From positions 4,024 through 68,023 of the forward strand of contig PHAN01000016.1 in NCBI GenBank assembly GCA_002841695.1: a stretch of 64,000 bases of DNA, in the 5' to 3' direction. Both the position numbers and the translations under genes were made by a program. The notes under the pieces are model-generated. The model searched no databases and was not told the origin of the DNA. It was given only the letters and a program-made list of their open reading frames with translations. Below, one piece after another: positions 8,401 through 17,603 of the stretch (the stretch's first letter is position 1; each line of letters begins with the position of its first letter). This stretch comes from Elusimicrobia bacterium HGW-Elusimicrobia-1 (GTDB lineage Bacteria; Elusimicrobiota; Endomicrobiia; PHAN01).

Positions 8401-10701
8401 ATGAGTCAGAAAGAAATCGTGAGCGCATCGGCGCTGGCGGCAAAAACATCGTATCCATCCTCGGAAATCGCATCGGCCGAACGGCTATTCGCGGCATATC
8501 GTTCGATAGTCGTAATGCTGTTCAACTTCGTGCAATCGGGCCATCCGGGCGGGTCGATATCGATGGGAAGGCCGCTGCTTAACATTACCCTCAATAAAAA
8601 CACCAAACTCGATATAACGGACCTCGACCGCCCCGACTCCGACATTATAGGTATGGCCGCCGGTCATAAGGCGCTGGGGCTGTATTCATATCTGGGGCTG
8701 CTCTTTGAGATAGTCAAAATAAAAGACCCCAAACTTTTTGAGTCGATAAAACGCAAAATGCGGTTCGAGGACCTTCTGGGCTTCCGCAAAAATCCCGCCA
8801 CCGAACTTCCTCTGATGAAGAAATTCTCTTCCAAGCGGCTCGACGGACATCCCACTCCCGAAACACCGGGCGTAGTGGTGGCTACGGGAGCGTCGGGCGT
8901 GGGTTTCGGCGCCCTGGGCGGATATGCTTTTGCCAAAAAAGAGTATTACGACGCGCCTCCGACGATAAACATTATCGAGGGAGAGGGGGGAATGACTCCC
9001 GGCCGCGTGCACGAGAATCTCGCGCATTTCTGGGCGCTGGACCTTTGGAATCTTATAATTCACGTCGACTGGAACAACGCATCCATCGACGCCGACAATG
9101 TGTGCGCCACGGACAAGTGCCGCGGACAATATGTCAACTGGTCGCCTCACACGCTGGGAGCATTGCACGGCCTCAACGTAGTTTACGTCGAAGACGGACG
9201 CGACCCTTCAAAAGTCCGCGCCGCGCAGGATCACGTATTCGGCGAATTTATGAGCCGGAAAGAATCGCCCAATATGATAGTGTACCGCACGGTGAAGGGC
9301 GAGGGATACTGGGAAGGAAGAAAGTCCCACGGCGCCGGATTCAAGACGGACGCGCCGGAGTATTTCGCCGCGCAGAAAACTTTCGAGGACGCTTTCAACG
9401 TAAAAATGATACCCGCCCCCGAAAAACTGACTCTTGAAACAAGAGAAGAGTATCTTTATAAAAATCTGCTCGTCGTCGAACAGGCGTTGAAATCCGACAC
9501 GAAACTCGTCGACTATGTATTCAACGCGCTGATGTCGTCCCGCGACGCCCTCAATAAAGCCGGCCGCAGGCCCGCGGCAAAAAGCGCCGATATATCGACG
9601 GTTAAGGCGCCGTCCGGCAAGTTCTCGGAAACGAATCCTCCCGCCGAAATCATCCATAAACCCGGTTCCGCGGTTACACTCAGGGAATCGCTCGGCAATA
9701 CGCTTCATTACTTCAACGCTTACACGGGCGGCGGTCTTTACGGCTTCGCGGCCGACCTCGTGGGTTCCACAAGCTTAAATCTTATGTGCGAGGACTTTCA
9801 GAAAAAGGGATTCCTCACCTGCGAAAATCCCTACGCCAAAATAATTCCCACGGGAATTTGCGAAGACGGCGGCTCGTCGCTGATATCGGGCATTTCGGCC
9901 ACCGGACATTATGTGGGAGTGGGAAGTTCGTACGCCACTTTCATGAGCCCCATGGGATTTACGGCCGCGCGGCTTTTTGCCATCGCCTACCAGGCGAAGC
10001 ACGGCGCCGATATGGCTCCGATGATACTGATTAACGCTCACGCGGGTCTTAAAACCGGAGAGGACGGACCGACTCACGCCTGTCCGCAGACCCTTTCTCT
10101 GTGGAAGGGATTTGATAAATTAAACGTGAAAGTTGTCACGCTTACTCCCTGGGATCCCAACGAAATCTGGCCGCTTATGATAGCGGCTCTCAAACTTCGT
10201 CCCGCCGTCATAATTCCTTACGTGACGCGGCCGGCCGAGACGGTTGTCGACAGGGAAAAAATAGGACTTCCTCCCGCCGCCGTCGCCGCCGCCGACGGCA
10301 TATACCGCGCGCGCACCGCTAAAAAATCTTCGAAAACGGTGATATATCAGGGCGCCGAAGTCGGCACGGAACTGCCGGGAGTGCTTGAAGCGCTGGACAA
10401 GGATGATGTTGACGTCAACATTCTCTACGTCGCGAGTTCCGAACTTTTCTCCAATCTTTCCGCCGATAAACGGGAAAAAATACTGCCGGTCGAGTTCAAG
10501 AAAAACGCTATGGCCGTCACCGGTTTTACGATTGATACAATGTACGAATACCTGCTTTCAGAAGAGGGCAGGGCAGCGTCGCTGCATCCTTTCAAGAAAG
10601 GCGTTTTCCTTGGTTCGGGACCGGGTTCGGAAGTGCTCAAACAGGCCGGACTCGACGCCGCTGCGCAAGTCAAAGCCATAAAAGAATTCGTCGGTAAGTG
10701 A
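8401..10701 (+). CDS. Divergent transketolase-family thiamine-diphosphate enzyme (766 aa)
   Basis: Collinear with transketolase: SGHPGGSIS (TK GHPG motif), GEGGMTPGRVHENLAHFWALDLWNLIIHVDWNNASID (TK GDGxxMEG...DNxISID). Carries extra insertions and a longer C-terminus than canonical Tkt. Confidence 0.6.
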   Translation: MSQKEIVSASALAAKTSYPSSEIASAERLFAAYRSIVVMLFNFVQSGHPGGSISMGRPLLNITLNKNTKLDITDLDRPDSDIIGMAAGHKALGLYSYLGLLFEIVKIKDPKLFESIKRKMRFEDLLGFRKNPATELPLMKKFSSKRLDGHPTPETPGVVVATGASGVGFGALGGYAFAKKEYYDAPPTINIIEGEGGMTPGRVHENLAHFWALDLWNLIIHVDWNNASIDADNVCATDKCRGQYVNWSPHTLGALHGLNVVYVEDGRDPSKVRAAQDHVFGEFMSRKESPNMIVYRTVKGEGYWEGRKSHGAGFKTDAPEYFAAQKTFEDAFNVKMIPAPEKLTLETREEYLYKNLLVVEQALKSDTKLVDYVFNALMSSRDALNKAGRRPAAKSADISTVKAPSGKFSETNPPAEIIHKPGSAVTLRESLGNTLHYFNAYTGGGLYGFAADLVGSTSLNLMCEDFQKKGFLTCENPYAKIIPTGICEDGGSSLISGISATGHYVGVGSSYATFMSPMGFTAARLFAIAYQAKHGADMAPMILINAHAGLKTGEDGPTHACPQTLSLWKGFDKLNVKVVTLTPWDPNEIWPLMIAALKLRPAVIIPYVTRPAETVVDREKIGLPPAAVAAADGIYRARTAKKSSKTVIYQGAEVGTELPGVLEALDKDDVDVNILYVASSELFSNLSADKREKILPVEFKKNAMAVTGFTIDTMYEYLLSEEGRAASLHPFKKGVFLGSGPGSEVLKQAGLDAAAQVKAIKEFVGK

Positions 10702-10800
10702 CTATGTCATTCTGAGGAGTCACCTTGCGGGTGACGACGAAGAATCTTGTCTTAATAGATTCTTCGCTTCTCTCAGAATGACGTGATTCGGACAATAATT
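10702..10800. repeat. Nested-palindrome intergenic repeat (MITE/REP-like), related to the copy at 27676-27900
   Basis: gtcattctgagg...ctcagaatgac (11-nt IR), gtcacc/ggtgac and gaagaatct/agattcttc sub-palindromes. A 27-nt block agattcttcgcNNCNctcagaatgacg is shared with 27805-27831. Confidence 0.6.
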
Positions 10801-12510
10801 ATGCAGATAAGCGAACTGATTCGCGCGGCATCCGGAAGCGTCAAGCCGGATTTATGCCTGAAAAACGGCCGGGTCGTCAACGTGCTTTCGGGCGAAATCG
10901 AACGCGCCGATATTCTGGTGCACAAGGGCTATATAGCGGCCGTCGGCGCGCATTTGCCCCGCGCCCGACATTCCATAGATATGGGCGGATCGTTTGTCGC
11001 GCCCGGTTTTATCGACGGTCACGTGCATATAGAGTCGTCGATGATGTCCGTATCCGAGTTCGCCCGCGCCGTGTCGTCGCGCGGTGTGACATCGGTAATC
11101 ACCGACGCCCACGAAATCGCCAACGTTCTTGGCATCGACGGAATAAAGTATATGCTTGAATCGGCAAAATATCAGCCGCTTAATGTATTTTTTATGCTTC
11201 CGTCGTGCGTTCCCGCCACCAAAATGGAAACGGCGGGCGCGCGTTTGTCCGGCTTCGACCTTTATCCGTTTCTTAAAGAAAAGTGGGTGGTCGGCCTGGG
11301 CGAAGTAATGAATTTTCCCGGCGTCATAATGGCCGACGAGGATTTGCTCGACAAAATGAAGATTGCCGCCGGCAAAAGAATCGACGGGCATTCTCCCGGA
11401 CTTTCCGGAGCGGGTCTGGCCGCCTATATAGCATCCGGCATAACGTCGGACCACGAATCCACCACCCTTGCGGAGGCGCGCGAAAAACTTCGCAGAGGAA
11501 TGTACGTAATGGTTCGCGAAGGCACTTCCGAGAAGAATCTCGCATCCCTGATACCTCTTGTCAACGAAAAAAATTACTCGCGCTTTTTCTTTGTTTCCGA
11601 CGACAGACATCCGCACGACCTGGTGAAAGAGGGTTCCATAGATCATCTTGTAAGAAAAGCCGTGTCTCTGGGTCTGGCCCCCCTGACGGCCATAAGAATG
11701 GCCACGATAAACACTGCGGAATACTTCCGTCTTCCGCGCATCGGCGCGCTGGCTCCGGGTTATCAGGCCGACATCGCCGTGTTCGACAGTATGCGCGCAA
11801 TTCGTCCGCGAATGGTTATGCGGCGCGGCGCGGTAGTCGCCAAAGACGGGAAGTTCGTTGCGCGCAAAGTCCGCATCGCGGCCCGTCTCAGAGGTTCGGT
11901 AAATGTGCGATGGCTCGACGCAAAAGATTTCGCGGTGCGCGCCGAGGGAAAGCGCATTAAAGTAATCGAGGTCGTTCCCCATCAAATAGTAACCCGCAAA
12001 AAAATAATGCGCGCAAAGGTCGAAAAAGGCCTGGCCGTTTCCGATACGGCGAACGACGCGCTTAAAATGGTCGTGGTGGAACGGCATCAGGCGTCGGGCG
12101 CAATCGGCAAAGGATTTGTGAAGGGCTTCGGTCTTAAAAGGGGCGCGATAGCCCAGTCCGTCGCGCACGACTCGCATAATATCATAGCGGTCGGCGCCGA
12201 CGACCGGTCCATTTATTCGGCCTGCGTCGACATAGTAAAAATGGGCGGCGGTTTAAGCGTTGCCGACGGCGACAACATTCTTGCGCGTATGCCTCTGCCG
12301 ATAGCCGGACTTATGACCGACGAGCCGCTTGAGTCGGTAGTGACGTCTCTGGAAGAACTGCTTGCCGCGGCGCGAAAACTCGGCTGCGGATTGCCCGATC
12401 CGTTTATGACGCTGTCTTTTATGGCGCTGCCGGTAATACCGGAACTGAAACTGACGGATAAAGGTCTTGTCGACGTAAATAAAATGAAAATTACGGAGCT
12501 TTTCGAATGA
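10801..12510 (+). CDS. ade: Adenine deaminase
   Basis: GFIDGHVHIESSMM metal-binding motif and overall collinearity with Ade (~570 aa). GTG 10783 is an alternative start. Confidence 0.85.
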   Translation: MQISELIRAASGSVKPDLCLKNGRVVNVLSGEIERADILVHKGYIAAVGAHLPRARHSIDMGGSFVAPGFIDGHVHIESSMMSVSEFARAVSSRGVTSVITDAHEIANVLGIDGIKYMLESAKYQPLNVFFMLPSCVPATKMETAGARLSGFDLYPFLKEKWVVGLGEVMNFPGVIMADEDLLDKMKIAAGKRIDGHSPGLSGAGLAAYIASGITSDHESTTLAEAREKLRRGMYVMVREGTSEKNLASLIPLVNEKNYSRFFFVSDDRHPHDLVKEGSIDHLVRKAVSLGLAPLTAIRMATINTAEYFRLPRIGALAPGYQADIAVFDSMRAIRPRMVMRRGAVVAKDGKFVARKVRIAARLRGSVNVRWLDAKDFAVRAEGKRIKVIEVVPHQIVTRKKIMRAKVEKGLAVSDTANDALKMVVVERHQASGAIGKGFVKGFGLKRGAIAQSVAHDSHNIIAVGADDRSIYSACVDIVKMGGGLSVADGDNILARMPLPIAGLMTDEPLESVVTSLEELLAAARKLGCGLPDPFMTLSFMALPVIPELKLTDKGLVDVNKMKITELFE

Positions 12511-13715
12511 CGCGCAAACTCGTCGCGCTTGTCATACTCGATTCATTCGGCGCGGGAGCCCTTCCCGACGCCGCTGAATACGGCGATGCGGGCGCCGACA
12601 CGCTCGGTCACATCGCCGGACAAACCAAGAATTTTAATCTGCCCAATCTGGCGCGGCTGGGACTTTATGAATTGATAGCTCCTTCGGCCCGGCCGGCTTT
12701 TCCGCCCGGAAAAATCACCGGCTGCTACGGCAAAATGGCCGAGGCCTCGGACGGTAAAGACACGCCCATAGGCCACTGGGAGATAACGGGACTTATCACC
12801 GAAAAACCGCTGCCCACTTATCCCGACGGCTTTCCCAAAGAATTAATCGAGCGCTATGAAAAAATCATAGGCGTCAAAACCCTCGGCAATTACGCCGCCT
12901 CCGGCACGGAGATTTTAAAACAACTCGGCGACGAGCATTACAAAACCGGATATCCGATAGTATACACTTCGGCCGACAGCGTTTTTCAGGTGGCCGCGCA
13001 CGAGGATCCCAAAATTTTCGGGCTCAAAAAACTTTACGAAATATGCGAAGCCGTCAGAAAAATGCTGGCGCCTCCGCATAACGTGGGCCGCGTTATCGCG
13101 CGGCCGTTTATCGGCGAGCCGGGGGCGTTTGCGCGCACGTCGAACCGTCACGATTACGCCCTCGACCCCGCCGGCGAGACGCTTCTTGACAAACTCCGGA
13201 AAGCCGGCGTGAGAGTGTCGGCCGTCGGAAAAATATACGACATATTCAACGGTAAAGGCATCGACGAAACCGTTCGCACGCGCGACAACCGCGACGGAAT
13301 GGCGCGAACGCTTGAAGCCGTCCGCAAAGCCGTCGACGGGCCGTCGGGAACCAAAACTTTCGTGTTCACGAATCTGGTCGATTTCGATATGCTCTGGGGA
13401 CATCGCAGAAATGTCGCGGCTTATTACGAGGGGCTTAAGGAGTTCGACGATTTTCTGCCGCGGCTGGAAGATGCTCTCGGCGATGAAGGCGTTCTTCTGA
13501 TAGCGGCCGACCACGGCTGCGACCCCGCCTACGCCGCTCATACCGACCACACCCGCGAACACGTGCCCGTGCTTGTCTCGGGACAAGGCGTTAAGAAAGG
13601 AATAAATCTGGGCGTCCGCAAAACCTTCGCCGACGCCGGGCAGACAATATCCGAATTGTTCGGGGCGGAGCGAACCGCCGCGGGAGTTTCATTCGCCAAG
13701 GAAATAGTTCTTTGA
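12507..13715 (+). CDS. deoB: Phosphopentomutase
   Basis: N-terminus VILDSFGAG, followed by GHWEITG and AADHGCDP motifs typical of DeoB. Its start overlaps the ade stop. Confidence 0.9.
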   Translation: MTRKLVALVILDSFGAGALPDAAEYGDAGADTLGHIAGQTKNFNLPNLARLGLYELIAPSARPAFPPGKITGCYGKMAEASDGKDTPIGHWEITGLITEKPLPTYPDGFPKELIERYEKIIGVKTLGNYAASGTEILKQLGDEHYKTGYPIVYTSADSVFQVAAHEDPKIFGLKKLYEICEAVRKMLAPPHNVGRVIARPFIGEPGAFARTSNRHDYALDPAGETLLDKLRKAGVRVSAVGKIYDIFNGKGIDETVRTRDNRDGMARTLEAVRKAVDGPSGTKTFVFTNLVDFDMLWGHRRNVAAYYEGLKEFDDFLPRLEDALGDEGVLLIAADHGCDPAYAAHTDHTREHVPVLVSGQGVKKGINLGVRKTFADAGQTISELFGAERTAAGVSFAKEIVL

Positions 13716-14746
13716 GCGCTTCCTTGTTACTTATCGTTTTGATAGTTGTTGTCGCGTTGGCGTTCGATTTTACCAATGGATTCAACGACTCCGCCAATAT
13801 TGTGGCGGCCGCCATAATGTCCCGCGCCATAGGACCGTCGACGGCGTTGTTGTTGGCGGCAGTTTCGGAATTCGTGGGAGCGTATTTTTTGGGAACGGCG
13901 GTCGCTTCAACGGTAGGGAAAGGCATCATAGACCCCGCGGGATTTACCGCTTCGGGCGGCGCCGCCGGCGGACTTGCGATTCTTTCGGCGCTGTTCGGCG
14001 CCATAGCGTGGAACGTAACTTCGTTGAGAATGGGAGTGCCGTCGTCGTCTTCGCACGCGCTCATAGGCGGACTTATCGGAGCATTCATAGCACTGGCCGG
14101 ATTTCACAGCGTTTACTGGAACAAGGTCGCGCAGGTAATCTCTATAATGATAATATCGCCTGTCATCGGAATTGCCTCGACTTTTATATTCGCGAAACTC
14201 ACGTTGCTGTTTGCATCGTGGAGTTCTCCGCGCATAAACAAGATATTCCGCAAGTTTCAGATCGTCGCTCTCGTGACACAGGCGCTTGCGCATGGCACCA
14301 ACGACGCGCAGAAGACAATGGGAGTGATAACTTTTGCTTTGATAGCGATGGGCTTTCTTGCCGCGCCCGATGCCGCCGCCGCGCTGGTCGTGCCCAAATG
14401 GGTAACAGCCGCCTGCGCCGCGGCGATAGCGCTTGGAATGGGTTCGGGCGGACGCAAGATAATAAAAACTCTCGGCGGAAAACTTTATAAAATCCGGCCC
14501 GTTCACGGCTTCGCTTCTCAGACGGCTTCGTCATTGATAATCGCGGCGACATCGTTTTTCGGATATCCCATTTCGACGTCGCAGGTCATTTCGTCTTCGG
14601 TGATGGGCGCCGGCGCGGCATTCCGCCCCAAAATGGTCCGGTGGCAGGTCGCAAAGGATATGGGTATGGCGTGGCTCGTAACCATACCGGTGAGCGCCCT
14701 TGTCTCGGCTTTGATTTTTTCGGTCGTCAAAAAGATTTTACTTTAA
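13712..14746 (+). CDS. Inorganic phosphate transporter, PiT family
   Basis: Polytopic membrane protein with PiT signatures (FDFTNGFNDSAN and a second HGTNDAQK repeat). Confidence 0.85.
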   Translation: MSASLLLIVLIVVVALAFDFTNGFNDSANIVAAAIMSRAIGPSTALLLAAVSEFVGAYFLGTAVASTVGKGIIDPAGFTASGGAAGGLAILSALFGAIAWNVTSLRMGVPSSSSHALIGGLIGAFIALAGFHSVYWNKVAQVISIMIISPVIGIASTFIFAKLTLLFASWSSPRINKIFRKFQIVALVTQALAHGTNDAQKTMGVITFALIAMGFLAAPDAAAALVVPKWVTAACAAAIALGMGSGGRKIIKTLGGKLYKIRPVHGFASQTASSLIIAATSFFGYPISTSQVISSSVMGAGAAFRPKMVRWQVAKDMGMAWLVTIPVSALVSALIFSVVKKILL

Positions 14747-14776
14747 CAAAAACCTCGCGGCATAAGGAAGGTTAAC

Positions 14777-15379
14777 ATGTGGCCTTTTAAAAAACGTCCC
14801 GATTTTTTCGATATGCTCGCGGCGCAATCGGCAAAAGTCGAGGAAGGACTGCAGACGCTTGTCGAGTTTATGGATGAACCGTCCAAAGAAAAAGCAAAAA
14901 AAATTAACGATCTTGAGGAAGAGGCGGACGAACTCCGCAGAGTGTTAATCGACGAATTGAACCGCACTTTCGTCACGCCGATAGACCGCGAGGATATATT
15001 CGCCCTGTCGCGCGACATCGACGATTTGATAGATTACGCTAAATCCACCGTCGAGGAAATGACTCTTTTTGAAGTCAAACCGGATATATCCATAAAAAGC
15101 ATGGTCGAAGCTCTTTCCGGCGCGGCGCGCGAGATAAACTTTGCGATGAAAAATCTCAAAGAACGTCCCGGCGTGGCCGAGGAACACATAGTAAGAGCCA
15201 AAAAAATAGAGAATTATGTAGAACATCGTTACAGGGAAGGTTTAGCCGAATTATTTAAGACAAACGACACCATAAATATAATGAAAACACGCGAGATTTA
15301 CCGCCACCTTTCCAACGCGGCCGACCGCGTATCGGACGCCGCCGACGTTATGGGCGATATTCTCGTTAAAACCGCATAA
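14777..15379 (+). CDS. DUF47/PhoU-like phosphate-transport accessory protein (PiT partner)
   Basis: Typical DUF47 N-terminus (FFDMLAAQSAKVEEGLQTLVEFM...EEEADELRR). Conserved pairing immediately downstream of a PiT gene. Confidence 0.75.
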   Translation: MWPFKKRPDFFDMLAAQSAKVEEGLQTLVEFMDEPSKEKAKKINDLEEEADELRRVLIDELNRTFVTPIDREDIFALSRDIDDLIDYAKSTVEEMTLFEVKPDISIKSMVEALSGAAREINFAMKNLKERPGVAEEHIVRAKKIENYVEHRYREGLAELFKTNDTINIMKTREIYRHLSNAADRVSDAADVMGDILVKTA

Positions 15380-15395
15380 AGGGAGACGTAGTAAG

Positions 15396-16214
15396 ATGAC
15401 TATAATTGAAAAACTCAAAGAATCCGAAAATTTTCTTGAGACCAAAACATCCATACGGCCCGAGATAGCGCTGGTTCTGGGCTCAGGTCTCGGCGGCGTG
15501 GTGGATATTATCGGGAACAAAACCGTGATACCTTACAAAGATATACCGCATTTTCCCGTGTCCACCGTTTGCGGACACGCCGGACAGCTCGTATTCGGAA
15601 CGCTCGAAGGCAAGTCGGTCGTGGCTATGCAGGGCCGCGTGCATTTTTACGAAGGGCATCCGATGAGCGTAGTCACCTATCCGATACGCCTGATGAAAAA
15701 ACTCGGCTGTTCCAAATTGATACTGACCTCCGCGGTGGGAGGTATAAACGAGAGCTATGCGCCCGGCGACGCCGTGGTCATAACCGACCATATAAACTTT
15801 ATGGGCACGAATCCTCTTATAGGCGGGCATTGCGACGATTTCGGACAGAGATTCCCGGATATGAGCCGCGTATACTCGTCGCGCCTGGCGGGCATTGCGA
15901 TTGATACCGCCCAAAAAATGAACATCCGCGCCCACGTCGGCGTTTATTTCGCGTCGACCGGCCCGTCATACGAGACACCTTCGGAAGTCAGGGCTTTTGC
16001 CAAACTCGGCGGCGACGTCGTGGGAATGTCGGTTGTGCCGGAAGCCATAGTGGCCAACCAGTCGGGCATTGAACTTCTGTGCCTTTCTTATGTGTCGAAT
16101 ATGGCCAGCGGAATTTCCAAAAAAGGACTCTCTCACGAAGAAGTCATGGAAGTCGGACGTGAGGCCGGCGGCCGCCTGTCTAAACTTATTGCCGCGGTCG
16201 TTAAGTCGGCTTAA
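15396..16214 (+). CDS. Purine nucleoside phosphorylase (trimeric PNP-I family, PunA/DeoD-type II)
   Basis: ALVLGSGLGG phosphate-binding motif, HFYEGH, and VGMSVVPEA. Confidence 0.85.
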   Translation: MTIIEKLKESENFLETKTSIRPEIALVLGSGLGGVVDIIGNKTVIPYKDIPHFPVSTVCGHAGQLVFGTLEGKSVVAMQGRVHFYEGHPMSVVTYPIRLMKKLGCSKLILTSAVGGINESYAPGDAVVITDHINFMGTNPLIGGHCDDFGQRFPDMSRVYSSRLAGIAIDTAQKMNIRAHVGVYFASTGPSYETPSEVRAFAKLGGDVVGMSVVPEAIVANQSGIELLCLSYVSNMASGISKKGLSHEEVMEVGREAGGRLSKLIAAVVKSA

Positions 16215-16229
16215 ACGCGGGAGATATAT

Positions 16230-17540
16230 ATGAGAATATACGACATAATCTATAAGAAGAGAAATAATCTGGAACTTTCCGCCGACGAAATTAAATATAT
16301 CGTCGAGGCGTATACCAAAGGCGACGTCCCCGACTACCAGATGGCGGCCTTTCTTATGGCCGTTTTTATACGGGGGATGGCCGACGCCGAACTGGCCGAA
16401 CTCACGGCCGCTATGACCGAATCCGGCGAGATAATGGATTTGTCCGACATAAAATCGCCCAAAATCGACAAACACTCCACGGGCGGCGTGGGCGACGGCA
16501 TATCGCTGGCGCTGGCGCCCCTTGCGGCCAGTTTCGGCGTGGTCGTGCCTATGATGTCCGGCAGAGGACTGGGGCATACCGGCGGCACTCTGGACAAACT
16601 CGAATCGATACCCGGTTTCAGGGTGGATCTTTCCGCGGGCGATTTCAAAAAGCAACTCGATAAAATAGGCGTCGCGATAATAGGTCAGACGGAAAAAGTC
16701 GCCCCGGCCGACAAAAAAATCTACGCTCTGCGCGATGTCACCGCCACGGTCGACTCCATACCTCTTATAGCCGCTTCCATAATGTCCAAGAAACTCGCCG
16801 AAGGCGCCGATGGTCTTCTGCTCGACGTAAAAACCGGCTCCGGCGCGTTTATGAAAACGCTCGAAGATTCAAAAAAACTAGCCGGAGTTATGGTAGCCAT
16901 AGGCCGCAAGTCCGGTAAAACTATGCGTGCCGTGATTACCGATATGAGCCAACCGCTGGGGAATGCGGTCGGTAATTCGCTTGAAATCGAACAGACGGTT
17001 TCCGTGCTCAAAGGCCGCGGCCCCGAAGATTTCAGCTCGCTTGTCGTAGAACTCGCCGCGCGGATGATAGTGATGGCCGGCGTTTTTGACAAAATTGAAG
17101 ACGCCCGTTCCGCCGCCGCAAAAAATCTTTCGTCGGGCGCCGCGCTTGCAAAATTCGCCGCTATGGTCGAAGCTCAGGGCGGCGACCCCGAAGTGGCCGC
17201 GTCTCCGGATAAAATTCTGCCTCGCTCCAAATTCGCGGAGGACATAAAAATTCCGGGCGGCGGTTATATATCGGAAATTAAGACCGACGACGTCGGCATA
17301 TGTTCTTTGGAACTGGGCGCCGGCCGCGCCAGTAAGGAAGATAAGATAGATTACTCCGCCGGAATAGTCCTGCATAAAAAGGTCGGCGACAAGATATCGT
17401 CCGACGAGGCCGTCGCGACATTTTCGTATAACAAAGCGCGTTCGCCCATTTCGGAAATAAAGAAAAAGTTCGCCGAATGTTTCAAGGTGTCTCAAACGCC
17501 GCCGCAAAAGCCGCGGATGATTCACGACGAGATAAAGTAA
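16230..17540 (+). CDS. pdp: Pyrimidine-nucleoside (thymidine) phosphorylase
   Basis: KHSTGGVGD, a Gly-rich loop and overall Pdp/DeoA collinearity (436 aa). Confidence 0.9.
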   Translation: MRIYDIIYKKRNNLELSADEIKYIVEAYTKGDVPDYQMAAFLMAVFIRGMADAELAELTAAMTESGEIMDLSDIKSPKIDKHSTGGVGDGISLALAPLAASFGVVVPMMSGRGLGHTGGTLDKLESIPGFRVDLSAGDFKKQLDKIGVAIIGQTEKVAPADKKIYALRDVTATVDSIPLIAASIMSKKLAEGADGLLLDVKTGSGAFMKTLEDSKKLAGVMVAIGRKSGKTMRAVITDMSQPLGNAVGNSLEIEQTVSVLKGRGPEDFSSLVVELAARMIVMAGVFDKIEDARSAAAKNLSSGAALAKFAAMVEAQGGDPEVAASPDKILPRSKFAEDIKIPGGGYISEIKTDDVGICSLELGAGRASKEDKIDYSAGIVLHKKVGDKISSDEAVATFSYNKARSPISEIKKKFAECFKVSQTPPQKPRMIHDEIK

Positions 17541-17541
17541 A

Positions 17542-17587
17542 AGTGAATAGTGGTTAGTCTTTTACTATTCACTAACCACTAACCACT
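17542..17587. repeat. Heptad-repeat hairpin element (CACTAAC x2.5 with inverted partner) immediately 5' of recJ
   Basis: agtgaatagtggttagtc tttt actattcactaaccactaaccact. Same module family as 1514-1598. Confidence 0.65.
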
Positions 17588-17603
17588 TGTCCTACACACT
17601 ACA

